A stretch of 45,757 bases of DNA from Candidatus Woesearchaeota archaeon (GCA_018303645.1 JAGVXR010000058.1:1-45757), one strand, 5' to 3'; shown: positions 17,216 through 26,401, counted from the stretch's first letter. The notes: a model not told the origin generated them from the sequence alone. Made by a program: numbers and translations.

Positions 17216-17690
17216 AGCTGAAAAGTTGCCTGAAAATGTAAAATTGCTTAATGTTGACTTTAATGTTCCATTCTGGTACCAAGAAGTTGTAATTGCATCC
17301 CCTGTCGTTAACTGTTATGTTAAAAGTAAAGTTGTCGGGCTCGTTAATGCTTTTATCCAGTTCAATCGGAAAAAATGAGGTTATATTCGGGGCTGTGTTA
17401 TTGATTGTAACTGTAAATGTCGGCGTTATCTGCGTATTGCCTGCCGAGTCGCTGCCATAAATCCTGTATTTGAAAACTCCAAATGAGCTTACACTTTTGT
17501 TAATCATCCAATTTAATAGAATTGGAGTTGCATTTATTGTCTCATTTGAAGAGTTGAATTCCAAAATTACTGCTGACAACACTTCACTTGAAGTCAAATT
17601 TATTATGAATGATGTGCTTGACAATGCTGTATTATTTGCTGGAGTCGGTGCAACCAAGCTTAATTCAGGGGCAGTTGTGTCAAGCGACAA
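17202..17690 (-). pseudogene. Subtilase gene, second fragment (Ig-like repeat region)
   Basis: No ATG (TTG only). Its frame is open upstream into the protease ORF. Repeat-type sequence ...TAPNITSFFPIELDKSINEPDNFTFNITVND. Confidence 0.6.
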
Positions 17691-17707
17691 TAATGCTTTG
17701 AAAATGT

Positions 17708-18994
17708 TTATCCTCGAGAAAAAAAATCCGCTTCCACTTGTGTCATCAATCTGCTTGCCTGTATCGGCCTCCTGTACTGCCTCAGCAATGCAAAAGCGCC
17801 TGCAACATGGGGGGTTGCCATTGAAGTGCCACTCAATGACTCAAATCCGCCACCCTTTTTAGTTGATGTAATGTTAACGCCAGGCGCCAACAAATCTGTT
17901 ATGTTATTTCTGTTAAAATCAATTGCATCGGACTTGGTTGTGCCTCCAACAGCAGTTGTATTTGTTATGCATGCAGGGCTTGCAATGCCGGTTGTGCTAG
18001 GAGTACTATCGGTAGGACTTTTTCTATTTCCAGTAGCTGCAATTACACTTATATTTTTTATAATTGCATTTGCTATCGAACTTGTTAGTAGTGTATCATC
18101 ATTATCACAATGAGAGGCAAACAATTCTGTTGTGCCAAGGCTCATTGTAATAACTGAAATATTAAATTTTGATGCATTATTTACACACCAGTCAATGCCA
18201 TCAATCAAATCTGGACCAGAGCCCCCTCCACTCGAATCCAAAACTTTTATAGCGATAATGTTCGCATCAGGCGCAATTCCCCTGTAAGTTTCATTGGTGG
18301 AAGCCACAATTCCAGCAACATGAGTGCCGTGCCCATTGTCATCAATCGGATTGCTATCACTGTTCACAAAATCGTAGCCGCCTATCACTTTTGAGCATGT
18401 CCCGTTCAAAAAAGAATTATTCGAGCATTCCCCCCAAGCAGGATGCGTGTAGTCAACTCCAGTGTCTATGACGCAAACTGACTCATGTTTTCCAGTTACG
18501 TTTGTTCCGTTATAAACCAAGCTCCATGTTCTTGTGGCATTGATTATACCTGCAGAATCGCTTAGGAAAAGTGTTATGTTTTTCGGCTTGTATATCTTCA
18601 AAACCCTCGGATTGTTTTTGAGCTTTTGATAGCCTGATTTCTTCAGCTTGCCTGCAAAACCGTTAACAGTTGTGTAAGTATTTGTCAAATCAAACTCATA
18701 ATCTTCATTGTTTTGCGCTGACAATCCCTTGTCTTTTTTCTTTAGAGTCAAATCGGCGAAGACTGCGCCTTGTTGTTCCTTTATCATGCTCTTTTTGGCA
18801 TCAAAATCATCTTTATCATTGGAAATTCCGTATTTTTGCAAAACATCATAATCGTCCTTTAAAACAACTATTACGCCAGCCTCATCATTGTCCCCAAACA
18901 GCTCCTGCATTTCAGAATTAGCCTGAGACTGCGCAGAGATAGAATAAGCCATAGCTATGACAAAAACTAAAAAAATCATTAACCCCCTCTTCAT
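17708..18994 (-). CDS. Subtilisin-like serine protease (S8) with signal peptide and propeptide; 3' end terminated by a frameshift
   Basis: Catalytic triad motifs VIDTGVDYTHP, HGTHVAGIV and GTSMATPHVAG. TATA about 31 nt upstream of ATG 18994. Confidence 0.8.
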   Translation of the reverse strand: MKRGLMIFLVFVIAMAYSISAQSQANSEMQELFGDNDEAGVIVVLKDDYDVLQKYGISNDKDDFDAKKSMIKEQQGAVFADLTLKKKDKGLSAQNNEDYEFDLTNTYTTVNGFAGKLKKSGYQKLKNNPRVLKIYKPKNITLFLSDSAGIINATRTWSLVYNGTNVTGKHESVCVIDTGVDYTHPAWGECSNNSFLNGTCSKVIGGYDFVNSDSNPIDDNGHGTHVAGIVASTNETYRGIAPDANIIAIKVLDSSGGGSGPDLIDGIDWCVNNASKFNISVITMSLGTTELFASHCDNDDTLLTSSIANAIIKNISVIAATGNRKSPTDSTPSTTGIASPACITNTTAVGGTTKSDAIDFNRNNITDLLAPGVNITSTKKGGGFESLSGTSMATPHVAGAFALLRQYRRPIQASRLMTQVEADFFSRG

Positions 18995-19090
18995 TTGCCA
19001 TGGTATTAAAATTCCATATTTAAGGCTTTTCTTAATGTGCCAATAGTGGACAATATCTTTAAATATACGTTTATATTATTAATTGCTGCA

Positions 19091-19444
19091 ATGAAAAAAA
19101 TAATGACTTTGCTTTCATTCCTTGTTATATTCATAATAGGCTGCAATACCCAACAAGCAAAAGAGCCTTTTTGCGGCGACAACACATGCCAGGAAAACGA
19201 GAATGAAAACTGCGCAGCTGACTGCGGCGGGTTTGGTGGCATGACGAAGATTAAATGCGCAAATGCCGGCGGCAACTGGAATGATTGCGGCTCACCTTGC
19301 GCAGGGACTGGCGCTGAGTTCTGCATTCAGGTTTGCTCGCCGCAATGCGAATGCGGAGGAATTGCCGGGTTTAAATGCCCTGAAGGATATACATGCAGAT
19401 TAAGCGGGAAAATAGCTGACGAGCTTGGTGTTTGCTTAAAGTAA
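19091..19444 (+). CDS. Small Cys-rich secreted lipoprotein (hypothetical; possible protease inhibitor-like fold)
   Basis: MKKIMTLLSFLVIFIIGC lipobox, 17 Cys, C-terminal CGGIAGFKCPEGYTCRLSGKIADELGVC. TATA at 19058-19065. Confidence 0.55.
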   Translation: MKKIMTLLSFLVIFIIGCNTQQAKEPFCGDNTCQENENENCAADCGGFGGMTKIKCANAGGNWNDCGSPCAGTGAEFCIQVCSPQCECGGIAGFKCPEGYTCRLSGKIADELGVCLK

Positions 19445-19451
19445 TATCAAA

Positions 19452-19622
19452 TTAAAACTTCAGCTTTTTAATCCATTTTTTTATGTCTTCAACCTTTATC
19501 TCGAGCAGGAACAGCCCTGCAAGTATCAAAAGTATGCCCTGAAGTATCGGAACAAATATTCCAATTATCCCCAACCCCACCAAAGCAAAGCCAGCAATCC
19601 TTTTTAATATTTTTACGTACAT
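19452..19622 (-). CDS. 56-aa membrane protein (PGPGW/YbaN-like hairpin)
   Basis: MYVKILKRIAGFALVGLGIIGIFVPILQGILLILAGLFLLEIK... Its ATG lies 1 nt after the sppA stop. Below the ORF-track size cutoff. Confidence 0.4.
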   Translation of the reverse strand: MYVKILKRIAGFALVGLGIIGIFVPILQGILLILAGLFLLEIKVEDIKKWIKKLKF

Positions 19623-19623
19623 C

Positions 19624-20562
19624 TTAGGTTGTTATGCTCAAGGTTGAAGCATCTCTTTTCTCAAATAAGGAATTTCCAATGCCTTTTCCGACAAAAAATG
19701 ACTGCCTGCTTATTATCCTGCTCAGGACTTCAAATAAACTCTTTTCTTTCTTGTACTCAACAATTTCAGCTTTTATTCCTTCCTTTTTTTCAATATACCC
19801 TATGACCTCATCTTTTCCGCCAATCTCGTCTACCAAGCCAAGCTCCTTTGCCTGTGATCCCAAATAGAACAAGCCATTTGCCATTTTGTCAACTTCTTTT
19901 TTGCCCATGTTCCTGTTTTTAGCCACTTCGCCCACAAAATAATCCCTTATCTCGTCCAATGACTGCTGGAATAATTCCCTTTCCTCCTGAGTCATCTCCT
20001 TGTAAGGGCTTCCGATGTCCTTGTATTTGCCTGCGACAAGCCTTTGGTACGTTATGTTATACCTTTCCAGCAGCCCTGGAAATTCAAGGTAAGATGCAAT
20101 CACCCCAATTGAGCCGGTTACTGAAACGCGGTTTGCAACTATATGATCCGATGCTGATGCAATCCAGTAAGCGCCTGAAGTCCCTATTTCCCTTATCCAT
20201 GCAACAGTTGTCTTGTTTGTTTTTTTGACGGCATTTGCTATCTCTTCAGATGCGACAGCTGAACCCCCTGGGCTGTTTATCTCGAGTATTATCGCCTTTA
20301 TACTTGGATTTTTATCGGCTTTTTCTATAAGCTCTATGGTGTCTGGAGATGCTGTTACGCTTTCAAAAATAAATTCAGAGTCTTCCGAGCCTGTGATTAC
20401 ACCTTCTATTGGTATCAACGCAACATTGCCGCTTAAGCTTTCCACGTCAATGCCTGCAAACAGCGAAATCACACCTACCGCCATAAATCCAAGTATGCTC
20501 AACAGCAATAAGACAAATATTGCATAGCCCCACCTGAAGCTTGGTCCTTGCGCAGGCTTCAT
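19624..20562 (-). CDS. sppA: Signal peptide peptidase SppA (S49 family)
   Basis: N-terminal TM, then ILEINSPGGSAVASEEI and GTSGAYWIASASDHIVANRVSVTGSIGV motifs. Confidence 0.8.
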   Translation of the reverse strand: MKPAQGPSFRWGYAIFVLLLLSILGFMAVGVISLFAGIDVESLSGNVALIPIEGVITGSEDSEFIFESVTASPDTIELIEKADKNPSIKAIILEINSPGGSAVASEEIANAVKKTNKTTVAWIREIGTSGAYWIASASDHIVANRVSVTGSIGVIASYLEFPGLLERYNITYQRLVAGKYKDIGSPYKEMTQEERELFQQSLDEIRDYFVGEVAKNRNMGKKEVDKMANGLFYLGSQAKELGLVDEIGGKDEVIGYIEKKEGIKAEIVEYKKEKSLFEVLSRIISRQSFFVGKGIGNSLFEKRDASTLSITT

Positions 20563-20783
20563 TGCCCCTCACCTTCTTTCTTGAAAGCCTGGAATATGTC
20601 TTTTCTTCCCTGCTTCAGGTTGTCTAGTATCTGGGCTTTTGCCATCTCCAAAAACCCGATTGCCTCCTGCGGAGTCACATTCTGGGTTTTCATTGTGGTT
20701 TGTATGTTGTTGGAAGTTACATCAACCCTCAATAAAAAAGCTTTTTGTTCATCTGACATTTGCACCACCAACCTTTTAATCAT
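20559..20783 (-). CDS. Hypothetical small protein
   Basis: 74-aa ORF. Its stop overlaps the sppA start (ATGA) and its start overlaps the RDD gene stop. Confidence 0.4.
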   Translation of the reverse strand: MIKRLVVQMSDEQKAFLLRVDVTSNNIQTTMKTQNVTPQEAIGFLEMAKAQILDNLKQGRKDIFQAFKKEGEGQ

Positions 20784-21285
20784 TGCTTAAGCTGTATACT
20801 TCAACAACCCTTGTCCTGCTTAATATCTCGCTTAATCTCTGGTTTGTCTTTGCAAAAAACATGAACAAAGGGTCAACAATCCAAAGCAAAATAAACGGGA
20901 ATACCGGCAAAAATACAAGATTCCTTGCTAACAACTGCCATGCCTTTAAATCTTTATTGCTGCTGACGACATAAATCCTCATCAGCATCTTTCCTATCGT
21001 CTGCCCCATCTTTCTTTCCAGCATCCAAAAATACAGCAGGACAAGAATTGACATTACAAGGGAGACAGATGTCAAAAAACCGGTATAGTCAGCGCTGCTG
21101 CTGAGAATCTTATATGCCTCAGAAAAATTGTAATCTTTCGGCATAATGTCCCGGAACAGGCTCCTGAACGGGAAAAGTATGACTAGGTTTATCACAGCCA
21201 TGTCTATGAAAAAAGCGGCAATCCTTTTCCATATAAGCGCAGGGCCGATAAATGTTTTTTCCTTTGGCAAGTTCAAGCGCTTCAT
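20776..21285 (-). CDS. RDD-family membrane protein
   Basis: WKRIAAFFIDMAVINLVILFPF and three TM segments. ATG 21285 has TTTTATAAATA about 33 nt upstream. The track's GTG 21339 is less likely. Confidence 0.6.
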   Translation of the reverse strand: MKRLNLPKEKTFIGPALIWKRIAAFFIDMAVINLVILFPFRSLFRDIMPKDYNFSEAYKILSSSADYTGFLTSVSLVMSILVLLYFWMLERKMGQTIGKMLMRIYVVSSNKDLKAWQLLARNLVFLPVFPFILLWIVDPLFMFFAKTNQRLSEILSRTRVVEVYSLSND

Positions 21286-21325
21286 TGTTTTTGAGAAATC
21301 ATTGCTATTTATAAAATTTGGGATT

Positions 21326-21396
21326 TTAGTGAAAGACACAAGATTTAGGACAATAATTAATGTCTTTCACTAATTAGAAAAAGACATCTATTGTCC
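21326..21396. promoter_or_regulatory. Nested palindromes / AAAGACA motif triplet in a divergent intergenic region
   Basis: TTAGTGAAAGACA (21326-21338) pairs with TGTCTTTCACTAA (21361-21373). GGACAATA (21348-21355) pairs with TATTGTCC (21389-21396). A third AAAGACA sits at 21380-21386. Confidence 0.35.
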
Positions 21397-21464
21397 AATT
21401 ATCCTTAATGTCATTTTCTATTTATTAGAAAGATATATAAACAAACCAGAATACGGATTTCTTA

Positions 21465-21809
21465 ATGAGCAAGAAGAAGGAAGAGCAGCAAAAGCAGGAG
21501 CAGATTCAGCAGGAACTCTCCAGAATCCATTTGCCAAGGGGCAAGGAAACTTTTGGAATTATCGAGCAGAGGCTTGGCGGCTCCAGAATGAGGGTGAGGT
21601 GCCTTGACGGCAAAACAAGGATATGCAGAATACCCGGCAGGCTTACAAGAAAGCTTTGGGTGCGGGAAGGCGATGTTACGATTGTAGAGCCTTGGGAGTA
21701 CAGCGGCGACGAAAAAGGCGACATCCTATACAAATACACGCCAACTCAAACATCTTTTCTGAAGAGAAAGGGGCACTTGAAGCAGATGGAAGAGTTCGAG
21801 GAGTTCTAG
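21465..21809 (+). CDS. eif1a: Translation initiation factor aIF-1A
   Basis: [49 protein letters not shown]...GDILYKY is an S1-like OB fold typical of aIF-1A. Confidence 0.9.
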   Translation: MSKKKEEQQKQEQIQQELSRIHLPRGKETFGIIEQRLGGSRMRVRCLDGKTRICRIPGRLTRKLWVREGDVTIVEPWEYSGDEKGDILYKYTPTQTSFLKRKGHLKQMEEFEEF

Positions 21810-21856
21810 CAATTATCGTAGAAATCTTTAAATAAATCACTTAATGACCTTTTATT

Positions 21857-22456
21857 ATGGGGAGGTTCAGCACAGGCTTCTTTGCAATGAATTTCATACT
21901 GCTTTTTGCAGCAATAAGCTTTGTCTTTGTTGTTTTTGACCTGCACAGGCTTGCCTTTGTTTTTGAGCTTGCGGTATTGCTGGCAACAATCTTCTTTTTT
22001 GTTTTTGCAATGTTTTCAGTATACCGTGGCAGGCAATGGGGATGGACGCTGCTTGCAGCAATCCTGGCATTTCTGATGCTAAACACATTGTTTATCTACA
22101 TGCTCACAAAAACTTTTGATACACCCCATACCACAATTATAATTTTCTCAGCAGCCGGATTAGTGATTGCCTTTTTAAATCTGAGAATTGGCGGACAACC
22201 TGAAATCCAAATGCAGGAGAATGAAAAAGCAAGGGATTACTACCCTTACATTGACAAGATGGAGCCTGACGAGCCCAAGGCGTATGTAGAAAAGACATTC
22301 AGCCCCGGGAAATTCATTGCAAGCAGGAATGCAAACAAGTTTCATGCCGCAAAATGCGACTGGGCAAAAAAGATAGGCATTGAAAACCAAATATGGTTCA
22401 ACTCAAGGGAAGAGGCAGAGGCTCAGGGATTAGAGGCTGACAAGTGCGTTGCATAG
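21857..22456 (+). CDS. Membrane protein with C-terminal Ada-like metal-binding motif
   Basis: Four TM helices, then ASRNANKFHAAKCDWAKKIGIENQIWFNSREEAEAQGLEADKCV (YH..C....I...N...F.S.EEA...G...C pattern). Confidence 0.5.
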   Translation: MGRFSTGFFAMNFILLFAAISFVFVVFDLHRLAFVFELAVLLATIFFFVFAMFSVYRGRQWGWTLLAAILAFLMLNTLFIYMLTKTFDTPHTTIIIFSAAGLVIAFLNLRIGGQPEIQMQENEKARDYYPYIDKMEPDEPKAYVEKTFSPGKFIASRNANKFHAAKCDWAKKIGIENQIWFNSREEAEAQGLEADKCVA

Positions 22457-22903
22457 TCATTTCTTCCATAATAGTGTTATCAATAAAACAACGCTTATAG
22501 TGACAGCGCTGTCCGCAACATTGAAGACGGGCCATATCCTGAAGTCTATAAAGTCAATCACATAGCCGTAAGCAATCCTGTCAATTAAGTTGCCGATTGT
22601 ACCCCCAAGCAGCAGCCCAACAGCAAATTGCGTTAATTTTTCATTGTTTTTTACGGCTTTTTTCAAATAATAAAAAATGGCGATAACCACAATTATTGAG
22701 AATAAAATAAAAAACCAGTTTAATCCCTTGAACAATCCGAAAGCAGAGCCTGTGTTGGTTATGTAAGTCAAATGCAGGATGTTTTTTATTATAGGGATTG
22801 ATTCATTTAATCTAAAATTATGTTTTATGATGTATTTGGTTAATTGGTCCAGAATGACAATCAAGAGACCAATAGGAATTATTACGGCATATTTTTTATC
22901 CAT
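22457..22903 (-). CDS. lspA: Lipoprotein signal peptidase (signal peptidase II)
   Basis: LDQLTK, NTGSAFG, LLGGTIGNLIDRI, VIDFIDF and FNVADS motifs in a four-TM, 148-aa protein. Confidence 0.8.
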   Translation of the reverse strand: MDKKYAVIIPIGLLIVILDQLTKYIIKHNFRLNESIPIIKNILHLTYITNTGSAFGLFKGLNWFFILFSIIVVIAIFYYLKKAVKNNEKLTQFAVGLLLGGTIGNLIDRIAYGYVIDFIDFRIWPVFNVADSAVTISVVLLITLLWKK

Positions 22904-22949
22904 CAGAACACATTAAGAATCAATATATAAAAATCTTTTCAAAAATCTT

Positions 22950-23345
22950 TCAATAATATCTCTTTCTTCTGCTGTCTTCCTGCTCGCCCCTTGCAATCGC
23001 CTCAATGTTTGCAAGCCTCTGGTTGATGCTCTCAATGGATGCCCTTAAGGCATCTAATTTGCTTGAAATAACCTCGAGGTTTTTGGATGCGATGTAGCTG
23101 TCATTCGACATTGATGGCTGCTGGGCAGGCGCCTGAAATGCCTGAGCCTGAAAATTTTGCTGCGGTTGCTGGTACGAAGGGTATTTCTGCCACGGCTGTT
23201 GTTGCTGCTCCATGCCCATGCCCAAATCCGGGGAAGGGCCTGTTCCCATATCCAGCCCAAGCTCCTTGTCAAGCCCCAAATCCTTGCCCAAGTCTTCAAT
23301 ATCATCTCTTTTCTTCCAGAATGCCAGCTTGCTCAAGAAAGCCAT
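22950..23345 (-). CDS. Hypothetical protein with Q/P-rich low-complexity centre and C-terminal coiled coil
   Basis: 131-aa ORF. Overlapping alternative-frame ORFs are low-complexity shadows. Confidence 0.45.
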   Translation of the reverse strand: MAFLSKLAFWKKRDDIEDLGKDLGLDKELGLDMGTGPSPDLGMGMEQQQQPWQKYPSYQQPQQNFQAQAFQAPAQQPSMSNDSYIASKNLEVISSKLDALRASIESINQRLANIEAIARGEQEDSRRKRYY

Positions 23346-23397
23346 CTATTCACCTCTTTAGGCAGACTTATTGGAATAGATATATAAAGATTTTGGA

Positions 23398-23562
23398 TTA
23401 AGCGCCTTTCAGCACAAAATAAAGGACTGCCACCACAAACAAGGTTGATATAATAAAAAAAAGCATTACAAAGAATTTTTCAACCAATTTATGCAGGATT
23501 ACCATTAGGATTAAGTAGACTATCACTGCTCCGACAACCATTGACAACACCGGCAACGCCAT
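23398..23562 (-). CDS. 54-aa two-TM membrane protein (hypothetical)
   Basis: MALPVLSMVVGAVIVYLILMVILHKLVEKFFVMLFFIISTLFVVAVLYFVLKGA. Its ATG lies 1 nt after the upstream gene's stop. Confidence 0.35.
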   Translation of the reverse strand: MALPVLSMVVGAVIVYLILMVILHKLVEKFFVMLFFIISTLFVVAVLYFVLKGA

Positions 23563-23563
23563 T

Positions 23564-24262
23564 TCATTCACCTGAATTCCTGTAATATCTGCAATCCGTG
23601 TTTACAGGGCATTTCTTGCATAAAGGCTCTTTTTTGCATATGTTCTTTCCCAATTCCACCAGCAATGCATGGCACTCATTAAATAACCTTTCGCTGTTTG
23701 GGAGGCTTTGCATGAATAATCTTTGCAGTTCCTCATACGTTTGTTCCTTAAAGCCAATCCTGTTCATAACCCTTTTTGTGTAGGCGTCAATGACAAATAT
23801 CGGCTTTTTGGCTGCGTACAATATTATTGAATCTGCTGTCTCAGGGCCGATGCCATTAATGGATAATAATTCATTTCTCAGTTTTTCAATATTGTTATTA
23901 AATAAATTTTTCAGACTTCCATCATAATTCTTCAATAAAAAATTGCAGAAATTTTTTAATTTTTTTGCCTTTTGGTTATGGTAGCCTGATGATTTGATTA
24001 TTTGAGCTAATTTTTCATTTTTTATTATTTTTTTAATATTGATTAAATTGTGTTTATTCAATTCCACAATTGCCTTTTCTACATTCTTCCATGACGTGTT
24101 TTGGGTAAGAATTGCGCCGAAGCAAACTTCTAGCTGCTGCTTCTCGTTTTTAGGGCCGCCAGAGTATTCAGGATGGAGTTTGCCTTCTGCTGTGACGGGC
24201 CACCAGTGCTGGGGGTGGAAATGGGAGTGTAAAAGAGAATATATTGTTTTTAATCTTTCCAT
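23564..24262 (-). CDS. Endonuclease III-related HhH-GPD DNA glycosylase-like protein with 4Fe-4S motif
   Basis: HWWP...FGAILTQNTSWKNVEKA, HhH LLSINGIGPETADSIILYA, and cluster CKKEPLCKKCPVNTDC. Confidence 0.75.
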   Translation of the reverse strand: MERLKTIYSLLHSHFHPQHWWPVTAEGKLHPEYSGGPKNEKQQLEVCFGAILTQNTSWKNVEKAIVELNKHNLINIKKIIKNEKLAQIIKSSGYHNQKAKKLKNFCNFLLKNYDGSLKNLFNNNIEKLRNELLSINGIGPETADSIILYAAKKPIFVIDAYTKRVMNRIGFKEQTYEELQRLFMQSLPNSERLFNECHALLVELGKNICKKEPLCKKCPVNTDCRYYRNSGE

Positions 24263-24316
24263 ATAATTGGTATAGTGGGAAAGTTATTTAAATTTAATTG
24301 TATTACTGAAGATAAA

Positions 24317-25282
24317 ATGGTTACACTAGACAACAGACTGGTTAATGTTGGTGAATTCAATGGGGACAAAAAATCAGGACGGAGAAATTATGAGAGGGCT
24401 CTCCAAGGCAAAGAACTGGTAAAAGAGGCTAAGTCCCAATTGGAGGAAAGTCTAAAAAGGCAGACTGGATTTGACAGCCTAAATCTGCCAACAAAGCCTG
24501 AAACTACCACAATACAAATCGGGGATATGGTATTTTCAATTGATTCCAGAAGAAGCACAATAAGGCCTTCGTATAAGACAGCCGTTGAGGGAATGGAAAC
24601 TTACCTTAATGGGATATACCTATTTACGTTGCAAGGGATGGAATTGCAATTTGTGTTCCCTCATGAAAATCAAATCTATATTGGCACAGGAAAGCTATTG
24701 GAAGCATTTAATATCTTTGTTTGGGGTATTCTAAATACAGGCGTTAAGCATACAATAGAGTATGAAGCAAGTGGAAAACTGGCTGAAGAGAAGCCATTGG
24801 ACGAACTGACACTGAGAGAAATAAAAAAATACAGAGCATTGACAGAAGAAAACTTCGCTGATTATGTAAGGATGGACAGGATTGAGCCCATTCTTGACTC
24901 TTATGTAAAGGCGTATAAGAAACTGCTGGGAAAAGGGCAAAGAAAGCGTGAAAGGACAACAGCCGTAACATCAAGATCTGGCTATAAAACAACAGAATCA
25001 AAAGCTGAGGGGCCTGACTGGGCTTACGTAACAAAAACTCTAGTTACAGTGCCTACAGCGCTAGACTCTAAAGGTGAATTAAACATTTTGGATAATGTAG
25101 AAATAAGCAAAGCCGAGAAAGAGAGGATGTTTCCTTACTACAAACTAATGTATGAAGAAATTAGTGATTCTAAAATCCTGACGGTTTCTATACAAAGCAT
25201 TTACAAAAGAATACAAACCCTTAAAGAGGAAAAGAGCATTGAAGCAAAAAGATTGAAAGTAGAGCCTAAGGAGATTGTTTGA
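24317..25282 (+). CDS. Hypothetical protein
   Basis: TATA TATTTAAA at 24286-24293, 31 nt upstream of ATG 24317. No recognisable motif. Confidence 0.5.
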   Translation: MVTLDNRLVNVGEFNGDKKSGRRNYERALQGKELVKEAKSQLEESLKRQTGFDSLNLPTKPETTTIQIGDMVFSIDSRRSTIRPSYKTAVEGMETYLNGIYLFTLQGMELQFVFPHENQIYIGTGKLLEAFNIFVWGILNTGVKHTIEYEASGKLAEEKPLDELTLREIKKYRALTEENFADYVRMDRIEPILDSYVKAYKKLLGKGQRKRERTTAVTSRSGYKTTESKAEGPDWAYVTKTLVTVPTALDSKGELNILDNVEISKAEKERMFPYYKLMYEEISDSKILTVSIQSIYKRIQTLKEEKSIEAKRLKVEPKEIV

Positions 25283-25286
25283 TGTT

Positions 25287-25934
25287 CTAACCAAAATTTA
25301 GCTGGTATTGTGCAGAATTTCTTGATATCGGCTTTGCCAGTCTTTCCTTTATTTCTGACTCGTGCGGCGCATGCTGCATTGGATTTTTGTAATCTCCCTC
25401 TTGATACTTTTTATTATGCACTTTTTTTATAGTATCTATCCCTTCAAGAACACAATCGCGTACAATCATGTATATTGGGGCATTTTTTAAATTATTTGGA
25501 AAAAATTTTTTATGATCGAATAGTGTGGTTTTTTTAGTCCAAATACCTGCATAAAAATAAAAAGCAATCCAAGGCGGCAGCTCTTGCATTATATCTCTTG
25601 GAGGATAAGCGTTTATTTGCCCCCAAAAAGCTCTTTTCATAGGCTCTTTTGTTAATGAATGATAAAGTGCTTCCTGAAGACTATCTTGTCCACTATCAAG
25701 GGGAACACCATCTCTTTGAAGCCTGTCTGCAATATATGGAGCTAAATCATCTTTCATGTATTTTCGGTTATCCCGTCTATAGAGCAATTTTTGTGCGGCA
25801 TCATCTATTAGGACAACCCTCCCTTTGATTACATCACTAGGGAGTATTTTATTTCTGATAAGTTCGCTAATAAACTCTTGTCTGGCACCTTCGCTGAGCC
25901 TGTTTAGCCTTTCTTCTAAAGTCAGTTCGTTCAT
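25287..25934 (-). CDS. Hypothetical protein
   Basis: TTTATAAA lies 30 nt upstream of ATG 25934. The track's TTG 25946 is less likely. No recognisable motif. Confidence 0.5.
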   Translation of the reverse strand: MNELTLEERLNRLSEGARQEFISELIRNKILPSDVIKGRVVLIDDAAQKLLYRRDNRKYMKDDLAPYIADRLQRDGVPLDSGQDSLQEALYHSLTKEPMKRAFWGQINAYPPRDIMQELPPWIAFYFYAGIWTKKTTLFDHKKFFPNNLKNAPIYMIVRDCVLEGIDTIKKVHNKKYQEGDYKNPMQHAPHESEIKERLAKPISRNSAQYQLNFG

Positions 25935-26002
25935 TAAAATAAACAAGTTTTAACCCTTTATAAACCTTTCGGTTTTTGTAACTAGCGAGTAATAAAAATT
26001 TA

Positions 26003-26401
26003 TTAAGAAATCAGCACCGCGTTTATAATCCCGTCCTGCCCTGGCCTTGATGTAATCCTTGCCTTGCCAAGCTCTGTGTCAATTACAGAGCCTTTTGTCA
26101 TTATATTCCTTCTTATGAAGTGCCTGTTAGCGGGATTGTCTGTGATTGTCTTAATCTTTGCCTGCTTGAAACTTTTTGATTTTGGGTCAAATAAATTTAC
26201 CGTGTCGGCTCTCAGCATCCTGAGCTTTCTGTTGCCGCCCATTCCTCTTATGACATTCACTTTTATCTTGCCGAGCTTTGTAAAGGAAGGCTCCCTTCCA
26301 AGCTCGTACTGCTTTTTTTTCCTATAGGAGATATACCTTCCGCCTGTAGGCTTTCTTTTTGCCCTTGCCTGTGATATTGCCATAGGGTTAGTAGTTTTCA
26401 T
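26003..26401 (-). CDS. rps8e: 30S ribosomal protein S8e
   Basis: RKPTGGRYISYRKKKQYELGREPSFTKLG...NRHFIRRNIMTKGSVI... is typical S8e. Confidence 0.9.
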   Translation of the reverse strand: MKTTNPMAISQARAKRKPTGGRYISYRKKKQYELGREPSFTKLGKIKVNVIRGMGGNRKLRMLRADTVNLFDPKSKSFKQAKIKTITDNPANRHFIRRNIMTKGSVIDTELGKARITSRPGQDGIINAVLIS

